Part shown: positions 20,344-30,712 of the stretch, piece by piece
How positions within the stretch are numbered: the first letter of the stretch is position 1
How the letters are laid out: every line of letters starts with the position of its first letter
Assembly (NCBI GenBank): GCA_963665115.1
Contig: OY762007.1
Span: forward strand, 512,001-576,000
Origin: an uncultured Rivularia sp.
Lineage (GTDB): Bacteria; Cyanobacteriota; Cyanobacteriia; Cyanobacteriales; Nostocaceae
Direction: 5' to 3'
Length of the DNA stretch: 64,000 nucleotides
Program-made: the position numbers and the translations under genes
The notes under the pieces: generated by a model
What the model saw: only the letters and a program-made list of their open reading frames with translations
The model's database searches: none
What the model was told of the DNA's origin: nothing

Positions 20344-20655
20344 TTAATCGGGATTAGAATCAGTAGACGGATTATGAATACGTTCCTCATCCGGACAATC
20401 TTCCGTCATCAGAGGCTCAACATTACCTCGTGGAACCGAAGCAAGCTTTTGAGTTACAGCACCAATACTTTCAAGTCGAACCATTTCCTCCCAAGAACAA
20501 ATTTCATCGTCTTCTTCTGTTTCATAACGTAGGGTGACTAAATCTCCCTCAATGTCTATAATGCGGGCGCGTTCAATCCAGCGTTGCTGGTCCCGCAAGA
20601 AAATACATATTTCCCGCGCATCACAGCATAGTTGATAAATCTTACGGTGTAGCAT
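20344..20655 (-). CDS. Conserved cyanobacterial protein (DUF6679-like)
   Basis: MLHRKIYQLC..., WEEMVRLESIGAV; family recalled from memory. Confidence 0.7.
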   Translation of the reverse strand: MLHRKIYQLCCDAREICIFLRDQQRWIERARIIDIEGDLVTLRYETEEDDEICSWEEMVRLESIGAVTQKLASVPRGNVEPLMTEDCPDEERIHNPSTDSNPD

Positions 20656-21299
20656 TCGCGTGCTTCTACCTTTTTCTCAACGTACTCTTTGTCTGTAAAA
20701 ACTTGGGATTAACCCGCGTATTCGATAACACCCATGACCCGAGTGCGGTAATTGAACCCAAACCGGCATATTTTACTGATATTCCCATCAGTTGTATGTA
20801 AATTTTGGATTCAAAAGAATTATATGCTTGTTTACCGCACTAAAAAATAAAATTCTGAACTAATTATTCAAGGAATATTTGTATCATAGAAGTGAAATCG
20901 CGTGGAATTCCCGCCGACCAGATAATATATTGCTGGTAAGTCATTTCTATTATTATGAATTAAATGATACTCCAAAGCAAGTGAATATTGAGGTTGGTTA
21001 TTTTGCCTACTTGTAATCATTAGCATTGCTAGGAGTGAGACAGCGAGCAGAAAGGGAGTTTCCCCAGCGACTGCCTCCTGTATTGGAAGCGTCTCCCTGA
21101 AGGAGATACCCGTTCACGCGGAGCGTGCGGCTCAGGGTGAGAGCGCGGACTGCGATTAATCCACCTTTATATTATCGATCTTAACTCAAACTCTTGCAAG
21201 CTTCACCCAAGAATGAAAAATTATATGATTTTTTACTCGGCAACATCACATCTCAAATCAACGATACGACTTGCCATTGGTCAATCCAATATTTAATAA

Positions 21300-21509
21300 T
21301 TATTTTCTTTGCGCGAGAAATTCCATAGAAAGATTTGAAGATGCTTCCCGCTTAACTAGTCCCGCACGAACGGCATCAGACAGCCGCGTCAATGCAGTCA
21401 CATCTTCAGTTCGATATATTCTGGTAGCCAGCATCTGATGCAGCAGACCTTCGGACTCAACGCTTAAATATCCAGTTTGAAAAGCAGATTCAACAAGTGC
21501 CCGAATCAT
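21300..21509 (-). CDS. Small conserved cyanobacterial hypothetical protein
   Basis: MIR.LV..A..TGYL.VE.E...L..AV..G.V.RE pattern. Confidence 0.65.
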   Translation of the reverse strand: MIRALVESAFQTGYLSVESEGLLHQMLATRIYRTEDVTALTRLSDAVRAGLVKREASSNLSMEFLAQRK

Positions 21510-21806
21510 GATTAATTAAAACTAAGTTAGCATTTCATCATTTTTCATAATGAAGCAACTCTAACTATCTTTAAGTGATTTAATTCACTAAATCTTTGTG
21601 ATTTAAGTCACAGCTAGCAACTAATAGCCTAACGCGCGATAAATTCTCAAACCTAGCTATTGCAGTATAAATATTATGGCAAGTATTTTTATTTTGTCAA
21701 ATAAACACTAATTCTAATGTATCCTAAGTAACTCAGTATCAGCATAAAGCTAATTAAATACTGAGCATTAATTTTGACTTGGTATTGAAGCTACACGTAT
21801 AAAAGA

Positions 21807-22611
21807 TTAAAGAAGAAATTGGCGAAAATCCTCATCTTGATTGCTTAACTGCACAAAAGCCAGATTAAAAGAATCGAACTTAGCGGCTAAAGCTTTGCAA
21901 GCTGGGCGTTCGGTAGCGTAATGTCCGGCATCAACTAAAATAATTCCAGCATCGCGGCTTTCTTGAAACTGATGAAATTTGCAATCAGAAGTCAAATATA
22001 CCGTCGCACCAGTTTTACTTACCGACTGAATAAAACTAGCCCCCGAGCCTCCTAAAACAGCCACCTTTTCCACAGACACATCTAAATCAGCAGTTGGGGA
22101 AAAAATTAAATTCCGTGGTTTTAAAGAAGATTGAATTTTCTCCAGTAACACCCGTAAACTTAAGCTCGGTTGAAGAACACCAACACGCCCATATCCCAAA
22201 CCCAGTTGAGTATTTACGATAGGAGAAACTTCCTGCAACTTTAAAATTTGGGCTAAAACATCCGCAGTACCGTCATTTACCTGGTCGAAATTGGTATGAG
22301 CAGTATATATACCTATATTATGAATAAATGCTAAACGAACCATTTCCCCAATTGCATCACCAGTACGCAGCGACTTAGGGGGATTAAAGATTAAAGGATG
22401 ATGAGCAAAAATGAGATTAACCGGATGACCGGAATTTTTCAACTCGATCGCTTCTTGCATCACAGCCAAAGTAGGAGTCAGACAAACCAAAACCCCCGCA
22501 TCATCATCTAACACCCCCGGTTTCCACCTGCCAACCGCAATTATCCCATTTTTCTTGCCATGCAGGATTCGCCCATTCCTCAAACCAGATAATTAAATCC
22601 GTAATTTTCAT
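21807..22611 (-). CDS. Nif3-like dinuclear metal centre protein (GTP cyclohydrolase 1 type 2), with a +1 frameshift near 22522
   Basis: True N-terminus MKITDLIIWFEEWANPAWQEKWDNCGWQVE is in another frame; HHPLIF, HTNFD, GGSG, DAGHYATE follow. Confidence 0.88.
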
Positions 22612-22662
22612 CAACTAAATTATAATATTTTGCATTTTGCATCGGTTATTTATTGTAAAGGA

Positions 22663-22880
22663 CTTGGGGAACAGGGAGTAGGGAGTAGGGAGCAGGAAGT
22701 AGGAAGTAGGGAGTAGGGAGTAGGGAGTAGGGAGTAAGGGAGAGGGGGTGATGGGGAGAAAAGATTTTTAGCTTACTTCTAAGTTTTAATCCGAAATTGA
22801 ATAACTCCTAACTCTTAACTACTCCCTATTCTCAATTACCTATGCCCTATGCCCAATTACCAATTACCAATTACCAATTA
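22663..22880. repeat. STRR heptamer tandem repeats (GGGAGTA)n and (CAATTAC)n
   Basis: Seen directly; similar tracts near 6075, 27050-27150, 54958, 55460-55560 and 58345-58520. Confidence 0.8.
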
Positions 22881-23618
22881 CTTCTTCGCAATATTCAACT
22901 GCTTGGAAGCCTCTTCACGAATTTGGTAAAAAGGTTTATCCCACACTCCAACAGCATTCCATCTCCACGCTGCAACTGGGATACATTCACGAGCAGCAAG
23001 ATAAGTCAGCAGATAACGTTCATCTTTCGGCTCTCGGGAAAAGCAAAAAGGGTTCCGATAAAGCTTTCCAGAGATTTGAGGATACTTGACATCATCCTTC
23101 TTAATGCTTTGTAGGATTTCTTCACCTTTACAAAGTAGATCGTCAAGAAAATGAAGGCAGAAAGGTTCTGAATTTGCTCTTTGTTGGGGTTTCTTCTTTA
23201 CCCACCTTGCCCAATCAAATCCATACATGAAATCATGGACATATCGAAAGCGAATTTCTGACTCTCTACCGAACATATCCATTAGCAAAACAATTTTATT
23301 GCCGAAATCTTCCAAAACATCTACAGGAACATCAGATGATAAAGCTTGTTCAAGCATATTGCTGACTATAAAATCAAAATCCCAAAATATATTTTCTGGG
23401 AAATTATGTAGCGAAGATTCAAGTATTCTTTGTAAAGTATCCCGAAAAACACCGATCAAGTACACATCAGATACTTGTTCCACAACTTTCACTTCCAATT
23501 CAGTGAAACTAGTAATTAAAGATCGATCTGGATTCAGCGACAAAGGTTTTGCAACTTGTTGAACGAGAATTTTATCTAAAACTTGAAACGAATTATTCGG
23601 TGTAAAATTTAGCTTCAT
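22878..23618 (-). CDS. Conserved hypothetical protein
   Basis: Long ORF with FPENIFWD.D, RFRYVHDF.YGFDWARW and RNPF.FSRE motifs; function unknown. Confidence 0.7.
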   Translation of the reverse strand: MKLNFTPNNSFQVLDKILVQQVAKPLSLNPDRSLITSFTELEVKVVEQVSDVYLIGVFRDTLQRILESSLHNFPENIFWDFDFIVSNMLEQALSSDVPVDVLEDFGNKIVLLMDMFGRESEIRFRYVHDFMYGFDWARWVKKKPQQRANSEPFCLHFLDDLLCKGEEILQSIKKDDVKYPQISGKLYRNPFCFSREPKDERYLLTYLAARECIPVAAWRWNAVGVWDKPFYQIREEASKQLNIAKK

Positions 23619-23881
23619 AAAAAATAATAGCTCGCAACAGTCGCTAGTATTCAAAATTGATTTATATTTTTACTTTAAATTAAAAATCAATAGTAAGCTT
23701 CAAGCAATAAATAAACTTAATAATTATAGCTGTAGCCGTACTTGTTATGAAAAAATAATAATAGTAAAAAAGGGAACGGGGAACAGCATGAAGAAGTATT
23801 TAAAAAAGATGTTCTATTTTCTCTAAAATTTAGCACTAAGGTATTGGAAAAACATAATTGGTTTAGATATTACATTTAATC

Positions 23882-24138
23882 TTACATCTTGCAGCATTCT
23901 CAGTTAGCCTTCACAACCGCCTTGGAATTTATTCCAAGGCTCATATACGAAGTCCTATAAATAGGACTAGGCAAGGCATGAGAGTGCGTTTTAACGTACT
24001 TTGTATATTAGCCTTGAAATTGATTTCTCTGCGTTCACGCGGCTAGCGGAGCGTACCGTAGGTATTGCGTGCGGGCTAGAAAGCCTCCGGCTTACAAGGC
24101 GGGTATTCGGGCTTAACGAGAATGGTGCAAGATATCAG
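23882..24138. mobile_element. MITE-like element with nested small repeats
   Basis: Terminal inverted repeats ATCTTGCAGCATTCTC / GAGAATGGTGCAAGAT; GC-rich hairpin inserts at ~24030-24100. Confidence 0.6.
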
Positions 24139-24227
24139 TTTAAATACACATTTTAAAAATAAAAATATTTACTACTTACTATTCCCAATTCCCCATGCCC
24201 CATTCCCAATTCCCTACAAACTAAAAA

Positions 24228-24641
24228 CTATGCAGAAATATGAACAACTAACTCTCTAGAGTGATTGCGTTGCCGATGTTCCCAAATATAAATACCTTGC
24301 CAAGTACCTAAGACCAAATGTCCTCGATTGATAGGAATATGTTCTGAAGTATGAGTAATCGCAGTACGTATATGTGCTGGCATATCATCGGGGCCTTCAT
24401 CGTCATGGATGTAGTTAGCCGATTCGGGCACCAATTTAGCCATAAAATTAGCTAGATCTTCCAATACACTAGGATCAGCATTTTCTTGGATTAATAAACT
24501 AGCAGAAGTATGGCGTAAAAATAAAGTACAAAGCCCAGTTTCAACTCCCGAATCAGCAACGATTGCTTCAATTTTAGGAGTAATATTGTACAAAGATTTA
24601 CCAAGTGTAGAAACTTTGAGTAACTTTTGATAGTGCGACAT
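24228..24641 (-). CDS. yjbQ: YjbQ family protein (secondary thiamine-phosphate synthase)
   Basis: HTSASL.IQEN.DP, EGPDDMPAHIR, LGTWQGIY..EHR. Confidence 0.92.
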   Translation of the reverse strand: MSHYQKLLKVSTLGKSLYNITPKIEAIVADSGVETGLCTLFLRHTSASLLIQENADPSVLEDLANFMAKLVPESANYIHDDEGPDDMPAHIRTAITHTSEHIPINRGHLVLGTWQGIYIWEHRQRNHSRELVVHISA

Positions 24642-25595
24642 ATTAGTTTTTGATTTTTTTGCTAGCGGCAAATTAATAATTCAAATTTTAAGCATTAATC
24701 AATAGCATATTTTTAAAAATAATATAATTAGTTGAATTTACTTAGAGATGAAAATATAGAGTAACATTACTTAGTGGAAATTGCTGTTGTTTGGGTAAAA
24801 GTCTGTAGTTACACTAAGTATCGTTTGTAAGAGTTACTATGCACAGTTTTGGAATTTTCGAGGGTCATTAGGGACATCTTTTCTCTCAACTAAGTATATT
24901 CGGGGTGCAATCATAATTTATTTTTTCTGAAAATAAATTATAAGAGTAAACAAAACTTAGATATTTATTAAATAAAATAATATTAACTATTAGATTTAAT
25001 TTAATAAACTACTAACTGTAAAATAATTTATCATATTAATTATTCAATTCTGTGAGTGTAATTTTTTGTAGCAAAATTAGCCATTTTTGTATACGAGATA
25101 TACAATCGTGGTAAAAAGTGGGAATGTTACATATTAAGCGCCGCAATCGTCCGAAACTTAAGAAAAATGACCTAGGCATACTACTGGTAATTTTGGTTTG
25201 GAGTCTAACTATGGGTTGCCTGTTGAATTTCGCAACCAACTCTTATGCTGCCGTTCCTGAATCGGAAATCGGTAAGCCACTTGCTACAACGGAGGGAACC
25301 TCCGCAACGCAGTGGCTTACGGTAGACGTAGTACCAGCAGAACAGCAGTTAGGACAAAAGCTTTATTTAGAAAACTGTTCTGGCTGTCATATAGCGATAC
25401 CACCAGCAGTATTACCGACTCAAACTTGGAAGAATTTGCTGCAAGACTCGCAACATTACGGCGCAACATTAAAACCTTTAATAGACCCACCTAGAATATT
25501 AGTATGGCGCTACCTGTCAACTTTCTCCCGTGTCCACAAAGAAGAAGAAAGAACACCCTACAGAATTAATAAATCGCGTTTTTTCAAAGCTTTAC

Positions 25596-26970
25596 CAAAA
25601 AATTGGGTTTAAAGCCCCGTGGTTTTAGCACGGCTTTAATAATTAAATTATTTTATCCGCAATATTGCATGATAAAATATAGAAATGATAGTAAGAGAAG
25701 CCAAGCTGCTAAACGGAACCAAGGAACAATACCAAGCAATTGACTCTGCAATCCGCACTGCCCAGTTTATTAGGAATAAAGCAGTTCGTTATTGGATGGA
25801 TAATCAAGGGGTTGGTAAAGCTGACTTATATAAGCTGTGTTCATACTTAGCACGCGAATTTGACTTTGCTTTGAAGTTAAACTCTGCTGCACGTCAAGCC
25901 AGTGCCGAAAGAGCTTGGTCTGCTATCTCTAACTTTTATAAACGCTGTAAAAAACAGGAAAAAAATAAAGGATATCCGAAATTTAAAAAACATTGCCGTT
26001 CTGTGGAGTACAAGGTTTCAGGATGGAAGCTATCTCCGGACTGCACGAGCATCAATTTCACTGATGGATTTAATGCAGGGACATTTTCTTTATTTTGCAA
26101 TAAGGAAACACGCATTGACCTATTTAGGATTAAGATAAACCGTGTACGAGTAATTAGAAGAGCGGACGGTTATCATGCTCAATTCTGCTTTGATGCTGAC
26201 CGTAAGGAAGTTGGGGAATTCACTGGTAAGGTTGTTGGGTTGGACTTGGGGTTAAAATATTTCACCAAAGATCAAAATGATAATGCTGTAATTTATCCCC
26301 AATTCTTGAGAAAGTCAGAACGAAGACTTAAAAAGCGATCAAAGCGATTAAGCAAAAAGTTTGTTAGAGGTAAAAAACCTCAGTCAATTAATTTTCATAA
26401 GGCACGAAAACGATTAGGTAAAGTTCATCTTAAAATCCAAAGACAGCGTAAAGATTGGGCTATAAAGCAAGCCCGATACGTAGTTCACTCTAACGATGTG
26501 ATTGTCTATGAGGATTTGAAGATTGCGAACATGGTCAAAAATCATCATTTATCTTTTGCGATTTCTGATGCTAGTTGGTATCAGTTCACTCAATGGTTAG
26601 ACTACTATGGGAAAATTTGGGATAAAGCAGTAGTAGCGGTATCGCCTAACTACACAAGCCAGGACTGTAGCCATTGTGGACATAGAGTAAAAAAATCACT
26701 TAGCACCAGAACTCATTCATGTTCTAGCTGTGGTTTTGAAATATGCCGTGATACGAATGCGGCTATTAATATCCTAAAAAAAGGTATGAAGATATTAGGA
26801 TTTAAGTGGCAAAACAACAGTACCTTTGGGCAAAAGGGATCTGCCTCGTAAGAGGGAAAGCATGGGGAGAAGAGCGCCAATACTACTGATGGGAAACTGT
26901 ACGGTAGCAAGCGGATTTCTGTGAACCATGAACTAGAATCCCCGTGCGTTTACGCCGGGGAGTATGTCAA
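25596..26970 (+). mobile_element. Non-autonomous IS200/IS605-family element (tnpB only; IS891/IS1341-like)
   Basis: Inserted after TTAC (25592-25595); left end AAAG + hairpin; right end GAAT + hairpin CCCCG...CGGGG + TCAA; no target duplication. Confidence 0.88.
25685..26851 (+). CDS. tnpB: TnpB RNA-guided endonuclease
   Basis: VGLDLG, YEDL, YTSQDCSHC...CSSC zinc finger, RDTNAAINI; D-E-D triad intact. Confidence 0.93.
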   Translation: MIVREAKLLNGTKEQYQAIDSAIRTAQFIRNKAVRYWMDNQGVGKADLYKLCSYLAREFDFALKLNSAARQASAERAWSAISNFYKRCKKQEKNKGYPKFKKHCRSVEYKVSGWKLSPDCTSINFTDGFNAGTFSLFCNKETRIDLFRIKINRVRVIRRADGYHAQFCFDADRKEVGEFTGKVVGLDLGLKYFTKDQNDNAVIYPQFLRKSERRLKKRSKRLSKKFVRGKKPQSINFHKARKRLGKVHLKIQRQRKDWAIKQARYVVHSNDVIVYEDLKIANMVKNHHLSFAISDASWYQFTQWLDYYGKIWDKAVVAVSPNYTSQDCSHCGHRVKKSLSTRTHSCSSCGFEICRDTNAAINILKKGMKILGFKWQNNSTFGQKGSAS

Positions 26971-27437
26971 AGCGCCCCATACAACTAGGAAGCTGCGTTA
27001 GTTGTCATCCAGGAGCGGCAGAATATAACTTCCGAAAAATCAGTGAGCAGTGAGCAGTGAACAGTTTTATATCTACAACTCATAACTCATAACTGTTCTC
27101 CTTGTCTCCCCATCCCCCCATCTCCCCATCTCCGCATCCCCCTATCTCCTCATCTCTTCTACTAAAAGACGGAAAACCAACCTTCCCCAGATCGGGCTTT
27201 ACGGCGCTGCATTGGGGACAAAATGATACTATTAAGTTAGATAAATATAAGTTCTTTGTTAAAACCAATTGTTTAGTAAGCTGCGACGCTGGTATTTTTA
27301 CTATTTTTGAGTTAATTCTCTTGGAATGCGTCTTTACAAAGCCAAGAAAATTATCCGATCTTCGGTAACGGTACTTATAATCATTTCCAACGTCGATAAA
27401 TTTATTCTTCTGCCAGGTTTAGTTAAATTAAAAAGCC

Positions 27438-30224
27438 ATGCTAAAAACCTTGTTGGGCGACCCCAACGCTCGTAAACTAAAAAAATTCCAACCATCAATT
27501 ACTGAAATTAATCTCTTAGAGGAAGAAATTAAAGTTCTTTCTGATGAAGAGCTTAAAGGTAAAACAGTAGAGTTTAAAGAACGTCTTCGTAAAGGCGAAT
27601 CTCTTGATGATATCTTACCCGAAGCTTTTGCCGTAACTAGAGAAGCTGGAAGGCGAGTTCTAGGGATGCGTCACTTTGACGTGCAGCAGCTCGGTGGGAT
27701 GATTCTGCACAAGGGACAAATTGCAGAAATGAAAACTGGGGAAGGTAAAACCCTGGTTGCTACATTGCCTAGTTATTTAAATGCTTTAACTGGTAAAGGC
27801 GTACACGTAATTACCGTTAACGATTACTTAGCCCGTCGTGATGCTGAGTGGATGGGACAAGTACACCGTTTTTTGGGATTAACTGTAGGACTAATTCAGT
27901 CCAGTATGACTCCCGTAGAACGGAAGAAAAATTATGAATGCGATATTACCTATGTTACCAACAGCGAAATAGGTTTTGACTATTTGCGGGATAACATGGC
28001 AACTTCGATGGCGGATGTAGTGCAGCGTCCGTTTAATTATTGCGTAATTGACGAAGTTGATTCAATTTTAATTGACGAAGCACGGACACCTTTGATTATA
28101 TCCGGTCAGGTAGAAAGACCAACTGAGAAATACGTCAGAGCTGCTCAAATTGCCAGAGCGCTGTTGAAAGAAGAAGATTACGAAGTAGACGAAAAAGCTC
28201 GTAACGTACTTTTAACCGATGAAGGTTTCCAACACGCAGAAGAGCTTTTAGAAGTAAACGATTTATTCGATCCTGAAGATCCTTGGGCGCACTTTATATT
28301 TAATGCGATTAAAACCAAAGAACTGTTTTTGCCAGACGTACACTACATTCTTCGTAACGGGGAAGTGGTAATTGTAGATGAATCTACTGGTAGAGTATTA
28401 CCGGGAAGACGTTGGAGCGATGGTTTACACCAAGCTATTGAAGCCAAAGAAAACGTAGAGATTCAGCCGGAAACCCAAACCCTAGCTTCGATTACTTATC
28501 AAAACTTATTTTTGCTGTATCCCAAATTAGGTGGAATGACAGGGACAGCAAAAACAGAAGAAGTTGAATTTGAAAAAATTTACAAATTAGAAGTAACGAT
28601 AATTCCTACCAACCGAGTCAGGCAGCGTAAAGATTTGGCTGACATGGTGTTTAAAACAGAAGTCGGCAAGTGGAAAGCCATTGCTAAAGAATGTGCCGAA
28701 ATGCACGAAACTGGCAGACCTGTTTTAGTCGGAACCACAAGTGTTGAGAAATCGGAATATCTTAGCCAATTATTAAAAGAGATTGATATTGCTCACGAAC
28801 TGCTTAACGCTAGACCGGAAAACGTCGAACGGGAAGCTGAAATTGTCGCTCAAGCCGGACGCGGTGGAATGGTAACTATCGCCACCAACATGGCTGGTAG
28901 AGGTACCGACATTATTTTGGGTGGTAACGCCGAATATATGGCGCGTTTGAAAGTTCGCGAATTTTTAATGCCTCGTATCGTCAAGCCAGAAGACGAAGAC
29001 GTATTTTCACCTCATAGAGCAACCTTACCTACCGGAAGTGGTGGCGGACAAGGATTTACTCCCGGTAAAAAAGTTAAAACCTGGAAAGCTTCCCCGAAAG
29101 TATTCCCTACGAATATAAGCAAAGAAGCCGAGAATATCTTGAAAGTAGCAGTAGAAGCTGCCGTGAAAGAATTTGGCGAACGTAGCTTATCCGAACTCGA
29201 AGCCGAAGATAAAATAGCGGTTGCAGTCGAGAAAGCGCCAACTGACAACCCCGTAATTCAGAAAATGCGGGAAGCATATAACCGCGTAAAAGAAGAATAC
29301 GAATCATTTACCGACGCAGAACACGATAAAATTATCTCCTTGGGTGGTTTGCACGTAATTGGTACCGAACGCCACGAATCGCGACGGATTGACAATCAAT
29401 TAAGAGGACGCGCCGGAAGACAAGGGGACCCAGGTTCCACCAGATTTTTCTTAAGTTTAGAAGACAACTTAATGAGAATATTCGGTGGCGATCGCGTTGC
29501 TGGTTTGATGAATATGTTCCGCGTTGAGGAAGATATGCCCATCGAATCGGGTATGCTAACTCGCAGTTTGGAAGGAGCCCAGAAAAAAGTTGAAACCTAC
29601 TATTACGACATTCGTAAACAAGTATTCGAGTACGACGAAGTAATGAACAACCAGCGTAGAGCAATTTACGCCGAACGTCGTCGAGTATTAGAAGGGCAAG
29701 ACTTGAAAGAACAGGTAATTAAATATGCTGAAAAAACGATGGATGACATCGTTGATTTTTACGTCAACCCAGACTTACCATCGGAAGAATGGGAATTAGG
29801 TAAATTAACCGAAAAAGTCAAAGAATTCGTTTATTTATTATCGGACTTACAACCTTCTCATTTAGAAGATATGTCCATGAGCGAAATCAAAGCCTTTTTG
29901 CACGAACAGGTTCGCATCGCTTACGACATGAAAGAAGCCGAAGTTGACCAAATTCAACCCGGATTAATGCGTCAAGCAGAGCGATTCTTTATTCTACAAA
30001 GGATAGACACCTTATGGCGCGAGCATTTGCAGCAAATGGAAGCCTTAAGGGAATCAGTCGGATTGCGCGGTTACGGTCAAAAAGATCCATTAATTGAGTA
30101 TAAGAGCGAAGGTTACGAACTATTCCTGGATATGATGACAAATATCCGCCGCGACGTAGTTTACTCCTTGTTCATGTTCCAACCACAGCCACAACCAACG
30201 GTGGAAACATCACAGATGGTGTAG
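27438..30224 (+). CDS. secA: Preprotein translocase subunit SecA
   Basis: [48 protein letters not shown]. Confidence 0.98.
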   Translation: MLKTLLGDPNARKLKKFQPSITEINLLEEEIKVLSDEELKGKTVEFKERLRKGESLDDILPEAFAVTREAGRRVLGMRHFDVQQLGGMILHKGQIAEMKTGEGKTLVATLPSYLNALTGKGVHVITVNDYLARRDAEWMGQVHRFLGLTVGLIQSSMTPVERKKNYECDITYVTNSEIGFDYLRDNMATSMADVVQRPFNYCVIDEVDSILIDEARTPLIISGQVERPTEKYVRAAQIARALLKEEDYEVDEKARNVLLTDEGFQHAEELLEVNDLFDPEDPWAHFIFNAIKTKELFLPDVHYILRNGEVVIVDESTGRVLPGRRWSDGLHQAIEAKENVEIQPETQTLASITYQNLFLLYPKLGGMTGTAKTEEVEFEKIYKLEVTIIPTNRVRQRKDLADMVFKTEVGKWKAIAKECAEMHETGRPVLVGTTSVEKSEYLSQLLKEIDIAHELLNARPENVEREAEIVAQAGRGGMVTIATNMAGRGTDIILGGNAEYMARLKVREFLMPRIVKPEDEDVFSPHRATLPTGSGGGQGFTPGKKVKTWKASPKVFPTNISKEAENILKVAVEAAVKEFGERSLSELEAEDKIAVAVEKAPTDNPVIQKMREAYNRVKEEYESFTDAEHDKIISLGGLHVIGTERHESRRIDNQLRGRAGRQGDPGSTRFFLSLEDNLMRIFGGDRVAGLMNMFRVEEDMPIESGMLTRSLEGAQKKVETYYYDIRKQVFEYDEVMNNQRRAIYAERRRVLEGQDLKEQVIKYAEKTMDDIVDFYVNPDLPSEEWELGKLTEKVKEFVYLLSDLQPSHLEDMSMSEIKAFLHEQVRIAYDMKEAEVDQIQPGLMRQAERFFILQRIDTLWREHLQQMEALRESVGLRGYGQKDPLIEYKSEGYELFLDMMTNIRRDVVYSLFMFQPQPQPTVETSQMV

Positions 30225-30312
30225 GAATTTTGGATTTTGCGGAAAGTTGCGGTGCGGGGATTCCCCCCGTTGAGCAAACTTTCCTGCACCGGATTTTAGA
30301 TTATAGGAATAT

Positions 30313-30342
30313 TAACCGGGTTTTAAATACCCGGTTTTTTTA
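30313..30342 (+). terminator. Rho-independent terminator of secA
   Basis: AACCGGG-ttttaaata-CCCGGTT followed by a T tract. Confidence 0.75.
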
Positions 30343-30402
30343 TGTTCGTCAGTATTCTTATGAGGCTGCGTGGGGCTACTAAGAAGCTAAACCTAATACT
30401 CT

Positions 30403-30562
30403 TAATACTTTTTACTTCTTACTTTTGACTTTTTACTTCCGCGCAGCGGTACTAGTACAGTAAGGCGTAAATAAAGCACCCATTTAAAAAGTTTGAAAGC
30501 CTTATCACATAATACTTTTTACTTCTTACTTTTGACTTTTTACTTCCGCGCAGCGGTACTAG
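30403..30562. repeat. Tandem MITE-like unit; ~53 bp direct repeat ending CGCGCAGCGGTACTAG
   Basis: Identical segments at ~30403..30455 and ~30510..30562, each bounded by CTAG. Confidence 0.7.
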
Positions 30563-30712
30563 GCGCATCTTTATAACAGAAATGGTATAAGTCTTTCTTT
30601 GACAATCTGTCTTTTGACAACAGTTAATTTTTGCATTAAGAATATAAATTGCTTTTAGTACTGGATCGTTTGTGTTAAGGTTCCTATTCTTTTATCTGCG
30701 TGTAATTTTCAT

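Larger units (their letters stand above)
25118..27053 (+). pseudogene. Dihaem cytochrome c interrupted by a tnpB-only IS
   Basis: First CxxCH (CSGCH) lies before the IS. The in-frame remainder RPIQLGSCVSCHPGAAEYNFRKISEQ* at 26971..27053 carries the second CxxCH. Confidence 0.85.

Noticed and set aside
21719..21733. GTA-N8-AAC NtcA-like site upstream of the 69-aa gene
   Set aside because: Imperfect match in AT-rich DNA; cannot be supported without TSS data
22663..22880. Regular repeats that might suggest a CRISPR array
   Set aside because: Heptamer STRR tandem repeats with no spacers and no cas genes
25596..26970. Possible IStron (self-splicing intron-IS chimera) allowing cytochrome expression
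   Set aside because: Only ~90 bp precede tnpB and ~120 bp follow it; no room for a group I intron core
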